NCBI GenBank assembly: GCA_038823825.1
Contig: JAWBCC010000007.1
Coordinates: forward strand, 1 to 15,600
From: Candidatus Hadarchaeales archaeon
GTDB lineage: Archaea; Hadarchaeota; Hadarchaeia; Hadarchaeales; Hadarchaeaceae
Direction: 5' to 3'
DNA length: 15,600 bases
Part shown: piece by piece, positions 15,474 through 15,600 of the stretch
How the letters are laid out: each line of letters opens with the position of its first letter
How positions within the stretch are numbered: position 1 is the first letter of the stretch
Made by a program: the position numbers and the translations under genes
Notes under the pieces: model-generated
Told to the model about the DNA's origin: nothing
Databases searched by the model: none
Seen by the model: the letters and a program-made list of their open reading frames with translations, nothing else

Positions 15474-15600
15474 TTAGGCCGAAACTCTCACGTAGAATGT
15501 GTTCGTGTAGTCTCCTGGAACTGCGTCGGCAGGTATGTCGAGTCTCCACTGAATCTGCTTCTGAACATCTTCACCGTAGGAGACATTGCTCCAGACTGCT
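15474..15600 (-). CDS. C-terminal fragment of a secreted beta-sandwich protein paralogous to the middle module of the 3803-5203 product; 5' part beyond window
   Basis: Reads AVWSNVSYGEDVQKQIQWRLDIPADAVPGDYTNTFYVRVSA*, close to ENVWKNVSYGESVQRQIQWRLDIPSNVVAGNYTNTFYVRV in the 3803-5203 product. Not in the ORF track because it is cut by the window edge. Confidence 0.85.
   Translation of the reverse strand, partial: AVWSNVSYGEDVQKQIQWRLDIPADAVPGDYTNTFYVRVSA

Noticed and set aside
1-15600. Mobile elements, inteins, tRNA/rRNA genes, defence or toxin-antitoxin systems
   Set aside because: No transposase, integrase, terminal repeats, intein motifs, RNA gene signatures or defence-type domains were seen in either strand by inspection.

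Overview
All convincing genes in this window lie on the minus strand. The content reads as an archaeal extracellular mannose or mannan utilisation locus (family-level inference by eye; no database search was run). In transcription order (right to left) it contains: the C-terminus of a secreted beta-sandwich protein (15474-15600, cut by the window edge); a surface-anchored GH92 alpha-mannosidase with a CARDB-like domain and TM tail (12617-15361); a membrane-anchored sugar-binding protein (11256-12614); two sugar ABC permeases (10388-11242, 9546-10391); a D-lyxose/mannose isomerase-like cupin (8921-9469); a 1215-aa exported GH130 protein with LamG, Ig-like, CARDB-like and TM modules (5277-8924); a secreted protein with a C-terminal CBM_4_9-like domain (3803-5203); a three-CARDB-repeat membrane-anchored protein (2636-3709 or 3730); and a large carbohydrate-binding protein running off the left edge (1-2545), which the supplied ORF track omits. 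No ABC ATPase is present in the window. The most unusual observation is the apparent nested domain organisation of the 1-2545 protein. A DNRLRE/CBM96-like domain appears split by two tandem CBM-like repeats, the first of which is itself split by a LamG domain whose first strand seems displaced to its C-terminal end. Other points are a recurrent uncharacterised module shared between exported proteins, BRE/TATA-like promoters, and a hairpin plus T-tract terminator in an otherwise archaeal-looking context.
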